DNA of 64,000 nucleotides from Bispira polyomma (Eukaryota): NCBI GenBank assembly GCA_965649765.1, contig OZ287748.1, positions 27,466,001 to 27,530,000 of the forward strand, read 5' to 3'. Shown piece by piece: positions 48,012 to 62,147 of this stretch (position 1 is its first letter; each line of letters starts with the position of its first letter). The notes under the pieces were generated by a model. It saw only the letters and a program-made list of their open reading frames with translations, ran no database searches and was not told where the DNA came from. The position numbers and the translations under genes were made by a program.

Positions 48012-49270
48012 TTGTTTTAAAATTTATATATAAATATTATATATAGGCGTTAAATAATTGTCCCCTGTAAACAGTTAAAGTATACTGTAATGGGATAACG
48101 CTTATTGCTGTTGTGTAAATATTGTCCCATTCTCCTCAGAGGTGAGAGGATGGGGATATCAAACTAAATACAAGAAGATGCTATAGTTTTAGATAGCAGT
48201 CTGGCTTTAATTTTTTTTTAAGTAAGGTGTTGTTCCAGTTGCATTCTGGAAATCTGTAATTATGCTGCTGTCTACAAAGCTGATCAATACAGAAATGCCA
48301 ACTAACAAACTTAGGTTGTATATGATATGGAAAGTCAAATGTAATGAATAATTGGACTTTTAATTACTTTCTGGCTTTTTACTATCGTTTATATTGATTT
48401 ATTAGTGAATATATTGTCTAACTGATCCCTAACAACTTGTTATATTTTCATTTAAACAATGCACTCTCCCAAAGGTTTAACCAACATGCTTTACAATGTT
48501 AAGTCTGCGGTGTCTAAATATTATACATTGCATGGTTTTATAATATTTGGAGTATTGCTGAAATGTATTTAAGATCAAATACTAAAGAGAGGGCAGGCTT
48601 GCATGGTATATGGTGCTTGATGTAATCTTATTTTATTTTGGATGGCATATGCAAAATTAAAAGCTATTGTTTGGGATATCTATGTTTATTGTTATAGTTT
48701 TCCCTTGAACTTAACTTCAACCATTTGGCCAGTTGTATTAATTGTACAGTATACTTTTAATCTCTGTTTGTAGTAAATTGATACCTAAATTGATATATCT
48801 CTAAAATTTAAAGTGCTAGATAGTGCGTATGTAAGTAGCATACCAAATCAGTCAAAAGGGGAAAACAAAATCAGTAAATTAAATACATATGACCTAAAAG
48901 GATCTTTTTACATTTGGCCTTTAAAGGTCTCTCAAGGTGACTTTCCAAGTGATATGACTTTAACTGAACCAAAGAACAGTTGGGTTAATAATAAAGAGCT
49001 CTGCCTGGCCCTTGAGTTTTTCAGCCACACCATAAAATGTCTGGGCTGATGTGGCAGCATGGTGGCCATATAATCTGCCCCACATGCTGAGGGAAGTTAC
49101 TTGTGAAGAAATAAGACTGCAATAGGGCACTAAGATTTCCCCGCCCTCCACACCCTTGTTTTAAAAGTTATATATAAATATTATATATAGGCGTCAAATA
49201 ATTGTCCCCTGTAAATAGTTAAAGTATACTGTAATGGGATAATGCTTATTGCTGTTGTGTAAATATTGTC
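48012..49270. repeat. 115-bp dispersed direct repeat (48012-48126 and 49156-49270)
   Basis: The two copies differ at only about 4 positions. Confidence 0.9.
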
Positions 49271-49554
49271 ATAAAAAAGACCTGGTAAATGTAGTTAAAC
49301 ATTGATCTAATAACAAAGTAAATAAACAAACATCAAAAGGTAACAATACTAAAAGTATATAACTGTTAATGTGTATGAACTGCTTAAAAAAACTCCAAAT
49401 ATGTGGTTTTAAACACGGTTTAGTAATGTCTTTATCACTGGAAACTGCATCTACAAAACTGCATCTACAAACCTTTTTCCTTCTTGGGACTGATGAACAA
49501 CAAAATAATAAACACATATGCTAAAACACATTTAAAAAAATTGTTAATTTTGAA

Positions 49555-51040
49555 TAGTGCTGTACTAATTATAGAGCTATTGCTCTTAGCAGTGTTTTCG
49601 GTAAACTATTTGATTTAGTTCTGGAAAAACTGAATAACCTTGTCTTTTAGTCGAGTAGATAGCAGTTTGGCTTCAAATTACAACATTCTACAACAAAATG
49701 TTTATTTTTCATTAATGAAATTACTCAGTATTATATGAATAACAGTAAAAATATGTACTTAATGTTATTAGATGCAAGTAATGCATTTAATCGTGTGCAA
49801 TATGAAAAACTTTTTAAGGTGTTGGTTAATGAATGTCTTTGTCCTAAAGTTACAAAATTAAACATGAATATGTGTTTGTGTCAAGTGATAAATGTTAAAT
49901 GGGGAAGTTATTTGTCAAAATATTTTAATGTCTCAAATGGAGTTAAACAGGGAGGTGTTATGTCTTCCATTTTGTTTTGTTTTTATTGTACATTAATGAA
50001 ATGTATATGAGATTAAAGAAAAGTGGTGTAGGATATGCAGATGATATAATTTTACTATGTCCAATGGTTTCTTGTTTAAAAATATAGTTACAGATATGTG
50101 ACCAATTTGGTGCAGATTTTGATATTAAGTTTAATCCACACAAATATCAACTGGTAGTGTTCAGCAAAAGTAATATCAGAGATGATATATCTGGTATAAC
50201 CCATAATGGTATATTCATTAAAGCTGTTATAAGTGTTTCTTGTTTAGGGTTGCAAACTAGCTCTGACAATAAAAAAATGAAATGGTTAAAGTGGCTAAGG
50301 ATAAATTTACTGTAGCAACAAACTGTATAAATTCTATGTTCTCTAAGGCCCATTGATGTGTCAGGTTTAAATTGTTTAAAACATATTGTATGTCACTATA
50401 TGGATGTGATTTGTAGGATTATAATAGCAAAGAATTTAAGGATTTCACTATAGCCTGGAGGAAGTTGGTCAGGCTGATACGGGGATTACCTCCACGTATC
50501 CACAACATGTACCTGAGTTCCATATGTGATAACCAAGAGTTGTAGATGCAGATGTATAAGAGAGTTTTTTCAGAGTTTTAGTTCTAGTACTAACTATGTC
50601 ATCTCTACATGTGCTAAGTTGGCTTTGTCAGGGAATAGTTCTAATGTAAGCAATAATATAAATATAATTTCAAAAATGGTCCATATTGGTAAGGACAAAC
50701 TTGTTGAAACTCACAGTAACCAGATATTTTTAAGACCTGTAGAAATGGTATGAATGAGACAAATGAATGTCAGATTATAGAACATATTAGGGACTTACTG
50801 TAATTAAGGGGTAACAACACTATAAGATTTACAAGGTATGAAATTGATGTTATGCTAAACTATCTATTTGAAGATCAACTTCGAATTGAATTGTACATTT
50901 AAAGTTATCTCTTCTTTTCTGTATATACTTACTGTGCTGTTAGTTTGTCTGTTTTATTGCCTGTTAGTCATATATGTATCGACTATGTACTACGAGTACG
51001 AAAAATAAACTATTAATATATTATTTTTATTATTATATCA
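49555..51040 (+). mobile_element. 5'-truncated, decayed non-LTR retrotransposon (LINE) RT region
   Basis: Motifs NYRAIALSSVFGKLFD, QFGFK..HST, LLDASNAFNRV, GVKQGGVMS and GYADDIILL. AATAAA and a (TTA)n-like tail lie at ~51005-51040. Confidence 0.88.
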
Positions 51041-51596
51041 TACACCACATATGACAGGTTTCATTTTCGGTATATTTTAGTATAAAATTTTTAATATGGG
51101 CGGATACGATTAATCCACTCGCAAGAGGGCGTTATTCTTACCTGTTGACGTCATGCGTAGTAATATTAATTTCTGCAATCATTTTTCTTTTTAATTAACA
51201 TCATTGCAAGATTAAATTAATAATATAAATATATAAACTGTTTACTGTTACATTAATTATAACAATAGTATGTTTTCTGCTTGAATAATTGTGACTTTAT
51301 AGAGGGGTTTATATTATTAAGCGCAGAAACTCCGGAAATGAATTGTAGGAAAAGTTCTTCACGCCGGGTATTCACCTGGAATTTGGGAGTGGAGTTTATC
51401 TGAAGTTGTTTCAATTTACTGGATGATCTCTTTATTAATTTAAGAGGCAAGTACTCAATTGTTGTGCAACAATACCCTGTGATTGCATATATTTTACTGT
51501 GTCACGTTATATTTGTTTATTATTATGCCTATAACGAAACTGTGTTCATGTTATATATTGTATCGTAGTGACTTCCTTGTTTATTTTTGGTTGATA

Positions 51597-51832
51597 CTGC
51601 CTCTGGTTATAATTCGGCCGCCAGTTGTAAATCGGCCGTCACATTTTAAATTGTAATTATTATTAATCTAGGTACAAAATAGACCATAGGATTCAAGTAA
51701 AACAATTACAATACTAATATTCAAGGAAGTAAAGTATTGTTTAGCCAATAAATGTACTTAATTTGAAGTTGTGACACATTTATTCTATGGTGGCCGATTT
51801 ATAACAGGCGGCCGAGTTATGACCACAAGCAG
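51597..51832. mobile_element. MITE with ~41-bp imperfect TIRs and TA flanks (Tc1/mariner-type)
   Basis: CTGCCTCTGGTTATAATTCGGCCGCC... and ...GGCGGCCGAGTTATGACCACAAGCAG, with TA on both sides. Confidence 0.8.
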
Positions 51833-54467
51833 TACAGTCTGAACTTAATGGAAACTAAGGGGGTGAAATAGATCTTTGCGATATTGTGCGGCCCTTGTAC
51901 ATGTTCACGGACAAGGATGTCTAGTCTGGTCATGCATTGAAACGGGTGTCAATTTTTTGGCATCCAGATAAATCTCCCTTAGTATAATGACTCGCCCCTC
52001 AGTAGAATTACAAGTCAAAACGCCTCAATTTTGTACTGCATACGGTATTGCATATTTCCGTATTACTGTATTGCATATATTTGTTATAGATATAACTTGC
52101 TAACTGGTACATCCGCTAACTAATACTAAAGATTTAAGTCTGTTTTGTACAAATGCAACTGTATAAATTTGTGTTGAATATTCAAAAATTTAATAATCAA
52201 TTGAGTGAGTACTGGATTAAATGACAAATTTGTTAAATAAATTACAATAAAAAGCAAAAAAAAAAATGCCTAAATCTTGGGATTGTCCTTCAAATTTTTC
52301 TGTGCAGATAAAGGTAATGCAAAAACAGTACTTATTTACGGATTAACACAATTTACAATGGGTCCTACTTGGAACTTTATAACAGATCTGGTGCCGTATT
52401 CACAAACATTCCTAAAAAAATTGTAAATAATTACTCCAACATCAAAATACACCATGTACATGTGGTATTCACCTCTTTTGTCAGACTTACAATGTTAGAG
52501 GTGAAACGTGTTTCTATGTCTATTATCCATGGTGGCTTATATATTCATATTTTTAGATATGCAACAGGTAATGTTCATGTAATCATGTTAATAGCCTAAC
52601 AATGGTGGTCAGTCTATAATGGAAATTCCAAAGTATGGAAGTTGATCCAATTTAAAGACATGTACCACGCTAATGTAAACTAATTGTACTTGTTAAGAAT
52701 CACTACCTGAAGCGAGACAGTATCTGGCACACATGTTTATAATTTCAATTTCATTGTATAAGCCCAGTTGGGTTAAATAATAATATAATCAAATGAATTT
52801 ATTCTTCTATAAAGTGTTATGATTTATTTTCAATGTCTTTGGAGACAATAACAACACATGACGGTTTTGAAAGTAGAATGATTATTGGTGTTATAAATAT
52901 CACAGATGTCCCTTTTGTCAAGATTAAAAGTGGTACTGCTATTTGTATCCACCGAAAAACTCCGATGGATACATTGGATTACGCTTTGTTACAAGGTTTG
53001 GGATCTGAAACAACCTATAGGAAATCATAAGCAGGGAATCTTTTGATGTGCTAATATTTGACCTTGGACCTCTCCTTTAAGATCAAACAGGGATAGCCAA
53101 ACTTAAAAGTGCCTATATCTCCCTTATTTTTGGTCAAACAGTTTTTGGATGTGAACCCAACCTATAGCAAATCATGGCCTGGGAATCTTTTGATGTAGTC
53201 CGATTTGACTTTAGGCCCCTTGTTCAAGGTCGAATGCAGATGGTCAAACTTAAGAGTGCCTATATCTCGCCTATTATTGGTCGTTAAAGTGCCTATGTCA
53301 CACTAATTATTGGAAACCCACTTGTGCCGTTTAAGGCTTTGGCATAAATGCCCTATAGGAAATCATATGCTTCCATCTTGGGTACTAGCTAGGGTGCTTG
53401 CTACCTAGAGTGCTTTGTCTTTCTGGTGGATACAAATATGCATCGGTTCTCTAAAGTGCTAGGTCTAGTTCTGCTATAGTTGGCCTGGTGTTGTGTATAC
53501 GTGTTATTGGTGCGTTTCTATTGGTCCTGCTCTCGGAATCTTTTAAGGTCGTATCACTGTGTTGAGGCCAAATATTGGTCATGACCTCTAATAATAGCTA
53601 AGTTTATAGCCTGGAAGATTTTAGCAGGTCAGATTTCATTTTAGACCCCCATTTTCAAGATATAATATAGTGCTGATGTATTTTGAACCTTGTATATATT
53701 ATATTGTTGGTCCAAAAAACAACAACCCCCAATTGAAGACATAGTATATCCAAAGATAGTAAAGTGTTAGAAAGCATACAAGTCCAAAATAGCTTTTAAA
53801 AGTAATTTCTTTACTTGGTCACCTTCACTTTGGAACTCCTTCTTGATACTACCTTTTGTACATCTTTTACAGTTTTACGAAAGAGACTGAAATCATTTCA
53901 CTAAGACTTAAGTGTAGTCAACTGGAATACTTAATACTGTACCGCATGACTTGACTATGGACTATGTAATATTGCCACATGATACGCAGGCCTGATGATA
54001 AGTATTACAACGCTTTGAATCCCACAGTGTGGGGAACATTTAGAGAAGAAGAATAGAATACATGTAGTATGAAAAGAATATGGCTTGAGTCCTGGATAAC
54101 AATAGAGAAGCCAGATACAAGTTGTAGCCAAATGGAATGTCAGTTGTGTGTTGTATAACTGTGTTAGTATATGTTTAAAGTAAAATATTTGCCAATAGGA
54201 AAGACCATATTTTGCAGAAGCGCATCTATAATTCCTAAAAAAAAATCAATGCTTTTCTGGGAAAAATCCCCATTATAGTCTCCTGTCATAAAGTTATATC
54301 ATGTATTTTATTTTTTTTTGCTCTTTAATACTTGTACCGGGGTAGTTGTCTGCAGGTGATATATTTTTTAAGCCCAAGTGACAAATGACTTGTTTGTGAA
54401 ATGTACATGGTGGAGTAACTTAAAAGCAATTAAGGTACACAGATTGGATTCATGTGTAAGTTCCTAA

Positions 54468-54772
54468 GTGTATGTACACATGTAAGCAGCTTCCGACATC
54501 AGACGTCCGTTTTGCGGCTGCGATTTTCTTCTCCTTATATATTTTGTTAATTTGTTTACATGTGTCAGACTGCGAATTGCGACGCATGATTTGCGGCTCC
54601 CGAATGCGAACTTTTCGCTCCAGCACCAAAATAATTGGATGAGAATGTAAAATCGCAGATAACCCAATCATTTTCATGAAAGAGGTGTGTTGGGGGGAGG
54701 AGGGGGGCAAGAGAAATTTCATTTGCAAATCGTACGTCTGAAATCGGAGGCTGCTTACATGTGTACATACAC
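54468..54772. mobile_element. MITE with ~48-bp TIRs and TAA duplication (PIF/Harbinger-type)
   Basis: GTGTATGTACACATGTAAGCAGC.TCCGA... is inverted at 54724-54772. TAA is at 54465-54467 and 54773-54775. Confidence 0.8.
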
Positions 54773-57700
54773 TAAGTTTAGTGGAGAAAGCAGTTCCTGT
54801 TTGTTTGTACTGAATAATACACAATTAATTTCAAATTCTCTCTGAATAATCTTTGTTATAGGTACAGCATTTGTCACTTTTATCAATTGTTCCATTGTGT
54901 GATCTATTCAGTATAGACACTATGTTTTCTCAAAAGAGATAAATCATGCCTGCACTTTGTGATGTCAATAAAAGTACTTAAGTTTGTGGGCAGAAAAAAA
55001 GAAGCCTCTGCATTGATTTATGATAGATCTGCAAATCAGCTTTAATCTGACAATGAATTTGGCGAGTTAAGACTGTCTTAGACACTGACAGCATAGGAGA
55101 TATAGTTAGACATGCGCTAATTTTTTAATTGCAAATAAGTGAGATGCCTGATATATTTATACAAATATGGTTGGACATTTTTGTATTAAAACACAATTAA
55201 GTACATCTAAAATCTACTGTAAAGCAAAAATAACAGTAGGTTTTGATGGTCATTACTTTAAATAAATGGAATCAGGCCTCATTTAAGTGATGTACTCATT
55301 GCAACTTTACAATTGTGGTGTTATCAGTCCTAAAGTAGTACTTCTTATTTCTAATGTGTTTTTTTGTGTTCAAGCTCCTTAAAAAAAAAGAAAATCCCTA
55401 ACTGAAGACACAGTATGTGTCACAGTATGAGAAGGGTGGAGTCAAGAATAGGATTTCATTGTTTCATTATATATGTCAATTTATCATCCAGTCTGAGTGA
55501 AAGAGATGATAAGATGTAGGAATTTTGAGTTCTCTCTTTTCACAATAATAAAAATGACAGAAATGTGTGCATTAAAGAAAACAACATGTGAATCTGCATT
55601 TCACATCTGGTAACATTATCATTTTCAAACACCAAATGCTAGCACCTGACAAACATAGATACATTATGAATGCATATAAGATTCTTTGGTGTGTGTTTGT
55701 GTGAAGTACTGAATAGAATGAGTCAGAATCTAGATGGCTTGGCCACTAATTGGTAAGAAAGTTAGGTCTGTATACTTAGTAAAATGAACATATTTTGGTA
55801 TGTGTGTTTAATATACCACCATAATGTTCTGCATATGCTGAGTCAGAATTAAAAACATAGAAGAAGCTTGCTTTAGATTGGTTATAAAAACTAAAACTTG
55901 AAATATTTAGTTGTTATTGGCATCTTAATGTTTAGATAAAAAAAGAATGTTGGGGGTTTTTACATAAAATAAATGACTAATTAACAGTAGTTTCCTGTAT
56001 AAATGAGGGGATAACCACTGAGTTGGTAGGACATTGTAAAATAATCAACTATGATGTAAGTTTTTGTAAAGTGAACCTTGTGTATGTAGTCACATGTATG
56101 TAGAGTATATAATATCTAAAAGTGTAAGCCCCGCTGATTTAAAAAAAACATAATTGTGAGATAAAGATTGAGCTTTTTCATATACTCGCACATATGTACA
56201 GAATATATGTTGTTTAAATGAAGAACGTAAGCCCCTGTTATAACATATACATGTAGAAGATTCTAACACAAGTCAGTTTGTCATCAAACCTATTTCAGTC
56301 AAGTCTCCCTTTTTGAGTGTGTTCTGTTTATATATAATATGAACAGAAGCTTTTTGGCACTGTGTATTCTGTTCTGTAGACACTGTCTGGTAATCACAGA
56401 TATACAATTAGGTGTTCCAGTTTATTGTCTGGTAATCGAAGATATACATGTAGGTGTAACAGATTTTGAGGTTTAAGTTAACAGCATTCAGCTTTAATAA
56501 TAACTTGCACATCTCAAAGATCAGGAGTCTTCATATTTGTAATATTTGTAGTTGAACCCCTTTAAGTTAAACCCCTCAATCGACTAGGAAAAGAAGTCTA
56601 CTTAAACAGGGGTTCCACTTAACAGGCTAGATTTAAAAATATGTGCTCATGCGACTACAGATTAGTCTCCGCATATAATAGGGATTTACTTACCAGAGTT
56701 TTACTTAAAGAGAGTGTATTTCAATATTTGACAATAGACTTATTGCTAATATTAGTTAAAATATTTTTTTATCATAACGCAACATGTAACATATGCTATT
56801 TTTAGCAAGGATAGGTTTACTTACCGGTAATTGAATAGCTGATCTTATTACACACTGTATTTTTCTGAAGACTGGGTGTTTATTGATCTCTGTTCTATAT
56901 ATATTACCTCAGAAACTGATATTGCGAAAGGTCCAAGTCGTGTTCACTTACAGGTAAAAATGATAGTGATAAGTGCAGTAGACATAGGAGGAAGAAAATA
57001 AAAATATATATAATATAGATATATCACTTCTGTATATATCTATGACTTCTATTGTTGAGAAACAAATTTAGGAACTTTAAATTGATTTTGGGAAATAACT
57101 GATTTCTATTGAATATTTGAATTAAAAAGACCTGTACATTTGGAAGGCACCAACCATACAAATCTTATAATAATACATGTGTCAAGTGAAGCCTCTTCTT
57201 TGTCAAAAAGTCTAATTTTTTGTTGCAATTCATTCAAAATGCAAAACTTGTGGCCAAGGCAGAAACGTATAGTCATGAGTAAATCAAATGAAGTTTGTCT
57301 TATACATATTTTGAGTTACAGTAAAACTTTTTATATAAAGAATACTCACAGGGGACCCAGGTGAAATCTACGTTATAAGTAAGGTACTAAAGAATTCATT
57401 GGTGGCAAAATGAGCGGGAAATTTAGTTTTACTTGTAGAGAGGTGTTCATTTATGGAGGTTTTAATGTAGTTCCAAATTAAATAAGGCTTTCTGTCAAAA
57501 TTTTGGTATTCTTTTTCTTAAGGACTTTGACTATGCCCGTTTTATTTTAAATTTTGCCTAAGAATAAAATGCTTTGAGTGCTCTTATAGGGAAGAGTTAA
57601 GGTCTTAAAAAGTACTGGATTACATTAGAAACATGAGTCTTGAGCAAGGCTATGTTTAGGGTAGCTGTTAACGATTAAGTCAGAGAAAGCTATTGAGTAA

Positions 57701-58102
57701 GAGAAGGGAGGGGTAGGGATTTTGACTAGTAGTAACCTGGTTGCTAGGGTGTGGATGCAGTGTACCTGTGTGATGTGATTACCTAGTGGTGTAAATTGCT
57801 TTTATGGAAGCAGCAGTTGGGAGTCAGTTATATCTCTCACTATAGACAGAAGCCAAGTATAGACACCCAGCTCTGCTTGTATAGGGGTAAATAAGGCTAC
57901 CCAACTGTTTGTAGTAGCAGTATATATTCGCTGGTTAAACCTCTGGTGGTCTATAGTAAGAGGGCGGCTCAGTCTGGTATGTTGAAGCGTTTACCGAGTT
58001 TGTACAATAGCATTGATAAAGCTATGCTAACATAAAGCAGTGTAGGTCTTTAGGAACTTAGAAAGGAAATTTCCAAAAGAAGCAAGGTTTGTTCGCATAT
58101 AA

Positions 58103-58235
58103 TATTTGTTACTAAGGGATAGCTATATTATATTTGTTACTAAGGGATAGCTATATTATATTTGTCACTAAGGGATAGCTATATTACATTTGTTACTAAG
58201 GTATAGCTATAATATATTTGTTACTAAGGGATATA
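58103..58235. repeat. 28-bp minisatellite, ~4.5 copies
   Basis: ATTTGTTACTAAGGGATAGCTATATTAT is repeated head-to-tail with no spacers. Confidence 0.9.
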
Positions 58236-58988
58236 ATATACAATTGTCAAAGTCGAACCTCAAGGGACGAGGAATAATACCTCTACTTAAACAGGATTTC
58301 CACTAAACAAGGTAGATTTGAAAGAAAATGCCTGCATGGGACTTCAAATTTATCTCCATATAACAGGGAAAATGGCTTTACAGAATTCTACTTAAAGGGG
58401 TTCGACCATATGTGAATTACTTGTACTAATGCAATGTGAAATATAAACGGGTAATGATAAAGACCAAAGTAAATGTGTAGTAAGTGTATATTAATAAATG
58501 CTAAAATATTTTTTAATACTTTTAACTTGACTAAGTCAACAGAAACTAGAGTTGCGCTATAAAACAGTAAATGTTTATACATTTTTAACTCTCTACAATT
58601 TAGGATATTCCTAACAGAGTAAAATAGATGTTTTATGTTTTTAGAAACATAAAATATCTGGGTTTCCTAAGAGTGTTATAGTGGAATGTTCTACTAGTGT
58701 GTGTAATTCACTTGTGATTTACAATCAGTTGTTATAAAAGGTCGTGGAAAGTATGAGTTGGTAGAAATAACCTAGATCTGTGTAAGAGATTTTAATGTAA
58801 GATCAATCAGCAGTTATTTATACATTTCTCATTCAGACTGATAATTGGGAATCTGGTAATACAACATTACATGTATATGATTGAGCTCAGAATATTTAGA
58901 AAATATTGGGGGAAAATTATGGTAAATCTTTTTATGTCTGATTAAGTGAAGAGAAATACCAACAAAATTAAATTGTCAAATACAGACA

Positions 58989-59195
58989 CAGTGGAACCTC
59001 TGTTATCGGAACGTGTCTGGTGAGTAGGAATTTGTTCGGATAATAGAAGGTTTATAAAGATGGTCTGTAGTATAAAACATTGATTTTCGGTTTTGAACAA
59101 AACAAAAGAGAAACGTTACTTTGGGAGAGTGTAAATGAGTTTCTAAAATCCAATATTCGGATAAAAAAAAGTTTGGATAATAGAGGGCTTACTGT
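58989..59195. mobile_element. Degenerate pogo/Tigger-like MITE (a similar remnant lies at ~62254-62450)
   Basis: CAGTGGAACCTCTGTTATC... and ...GATAATAGAGGGCTTACTG form imperfect TIRs. Confidence 0.55.
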
Positions 59196-59338
59196 ATTTA
59201 TCTGTTTATTTTTGTTTCCTGTGTAGAATGACATTAATTCATGATATACATCTATGGTTTCTTTTTGATGTTTTCAGAAGCCAATAGGATTTAATTGTCA
59301 TCACATCCATTGACTAAGGAGTCTGGACTAAACTCAAG

Positions 59339-62147
59339 ATGGATGACGGGAGGAGAGTGTGGGTGCCCCATGACCTGGATGGTTTTAAGATGGGTAAAAT
59401 CGTGGACCTGGGAGCGGATGCCATCAGTGTGGAGCCGTTTGACTCCCCAGGACAGGTATGACTCCTTTTAATATACATGGGAACAAATTTAAGTATTTGA
59501 ATTTGAACTGAAAGGATTTGGTTTGATTGATAATGTGTACAGTGTATTTGATGTCCAGAGGTTTTAATAGTGTTGGAAACAGACCCGACTTATTCAACTC
59601 CTTCCACACGTGCCATCCCATTTTCCTTGGTCACATAAGGGGCCGCGGTGGCCTAGTGGTTAGCAAGCATTGTGCTTCACAATCACTGGTCTCTCACTTC
59701 TGGGTGGCGTAAGTTCTACCCCCGTCAATGCCTATGTGGGAAAGGTGGTAGTTCCTTACTTTGGGCCGCTGGTTTCAGTGCAGAACCTTGATCAACTGTA
59801 TGCAGTGTTTTCTCCAGCGTTTCCAACTACCCATCCTAATATAACCTAAACAGGTACTAGAGTAATATCCCAATTCAAATTCAAATCCTTAGTCACATGA
59901 GGGTGTTTAAACTTTTCTAATGCTGATCTAGCCTTACCTAAAGCTGTGTAGTGTCTTTGGAATCCCATTGGACAGGTGGTTTTATGGGGTGCTTATTATT
60001 GTTGTTCTTTCTCAATGTTGTAAAGTATATAAATAAATTGTCTTTTGAATATAGTTACGGGTGTTTAATTAGTCTTGTCTAATGATTAACTAGGTTGAGG
60101 CTGTAGTGTCGGTATGTATCGGCATCGGCTGCTAACCTTCAGCAATCGACCGTTGACTATATGGAAATGGGGTTAAAGTGTGTTCAATTAGCCTTGCCAA
60201 AAAGCTTCAGGGATAATTAGTCTCCAAATGAGAGGTGTTGCTCCCTCGAAAACAAGGGTGTTGAATTTGTTACAAATCACATATGATTTCGTAATACCCT
60301 TGTGGAGCCAAAAACAAACTCATACAATGTTATAAATATGAACACTGAGCAGTTATTTTTCCTTTGTTGAATGTATATGGTGGCACCAGTGTGTTATCGC
60401 TACTCACTTTTCCAATGTCCGGTTTCCTGTTGTGAAGAAGTAAACCCATCCCAAAAAAGAAATAAGCATGTTTTGAAAAGAGTACTTACTTGCTTTTGGG
60501 TCTGTTTTTCCTGTTGTTTTTCCTGCCTAAGAACTGACCTGTAGGCGTGTCAACAAGCAAATCTCGAAACTGGCAAGGATTTATGGTCGGAAATTTGCAT
60601 CGAATGTAGAGTTTGGGCTCTTGTGCTCCTGTTTTGTTTTGGGGTCAATTCGAATAACGAATCCGTGAATATTAAGCTTTTTATGAGATTCTGGGTACAT
60701 GTTCTTGTATTTTGTTATTCCAGTAGTTTGCTTTTTCAGTTATTGTGCATTAGTGGAATGTTTTGGAAACACTAAAGTATACAAATTGTGGGTTAACAAT
60801 AATTTCATCCTAAGTTTATGGTGTCTATTTAATTATTTGGCTTAATTATGGTTGCTCTATATAAACAGAATTATCACTTTAGGGTGGGGGGGGGGGGGGG
60901 GGGCAATATTAAATATATGGCAAATGTTTGAGTCTTTTACGCACTATCATTTAGTCATTTGTGTCATGTTACGATGAAAAGCTGCATCAGTCATTGATAT
61001 TTTGGCCTTTTAGATTGGTTGATGAAATTAATGACAATATGTGGGTTTCTAGAAAAATGTGTGCTTGATATTTTTGTGTCCATGTGTAATTATAACTGCA
61101 TTATGTAGATCAGATAATTGCACATCACCTGTACACCTTTTATACCTGTAGAGTCTGAGAAAAACACCTGTGCTATATAATCATACCTTGATACCTTTTT
61201 AGTGGACAATAGCATTTTTAACAGGGGCAGTTGAATGTAGCAGGCTTTAATTAGTCTATTCAAACTCATCTACCACCTCTAAAATGCCACCTTAATTGCT
61301 ATCTTTTATAGCATGCTTATACCAATACAGGGGCAGTAGTTATACCAATATATTCAAGTATAAAATCAAGATTTTGAATAAATGAATTAAACAAAAAACA
61401 CAATATTTTCAGACCTAATTGCTATAAATGGTCTACGCTATGTTTTTGGTCTAATGGTGTGAAATATGCACAAAGCATATTGCTTTTGACAACCTGAGCG
61501 TAAGTGTTATTGTTTGGTCAGTTTCAGCCATAAGGCAGACTGTTTTTTGACACTGATTAAGTATCTTGTTAAATATATAGAGAGCAAACTTTGGGCTTTA
61601 GACGAGGCTTCATATTTAACTTGTAAAAGAAAACTTGATCCTTGCAAAACCAGGAAGTTGTTGAAAGCTAAGAAAATGTAATCTAAACATTGTTTCAATC
61701 TGGCATCTCAAATATCTTACAACACAAACAAAATTAGGAGCACACTGTTAAACAGAAATTATAAACTCGATTAAGTTGCAGTTCAACCCACATCACAGTT
61801 AAAGTAGTTTTAAAATTTAAAAATATCATATATAAAATCAGTATTTCATCTAGGTACTCGACATTTTTAACTTGATTTTGAACAGTAAATTGCAAGGTTA
61901 CATTAATTCTGATTAAATTTTTATCAACCTTAAAATTTAATATAATCCAAAGTAAACACTAAAAAAGTTTGATACAAGTTATGATTTTCCATGTTGACGT
62001 TAATATGGTATTTTTTCCCCGGAAAATTGATTATTTCTTCATGTCTGTGATGAGTTTTTGTACTTTGCTCTTTGCAGATGATAAATGCCTCCTATGATCA
62101 AGTGTACCCAGCGGAAGAGTACGATAACAAAGATGTGGAAGATAACT
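59339..62147 (+). CDS. MYO6: Unconventional myosin VI, first two coding exons (59339-59455, 62078-62147); continues beyond the window
   Basis: MDDGRRVWVPHDLDGFKMGKIVDLGADAISVEPFDSPGQ|MINASYDQVYPAEEYDNKDVEDN(C) matches the myosin VI N-terminus (VW.PH..DGF.MG.IVD.G; QV.PAEE...KDVEDNC). Splice sites are canonical. Confidence 0.93.
59639..59886 (+). mobile_element. tRNA-derived SINE (family A) in a MYO6 intron
   Basis: Near-identical to 13953-14206, with a degenerate flanking duplication CCTT[G/A]GTCACAT[A/G]A. Confidence 0.9.

Noticed and set aside
54450-54824. 124-aa ORF and overlapping ORFs
   Set aside because: They coincide with a TIR-bounded MITE and have no protein motifs.
58103-58235. 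28-bp repeats as a possible CRISPR array
   Set aside because: The units are head-to-tail with no unique spacers, there are no cas genes, and the context is eukaryotic. It is a minisatellite.
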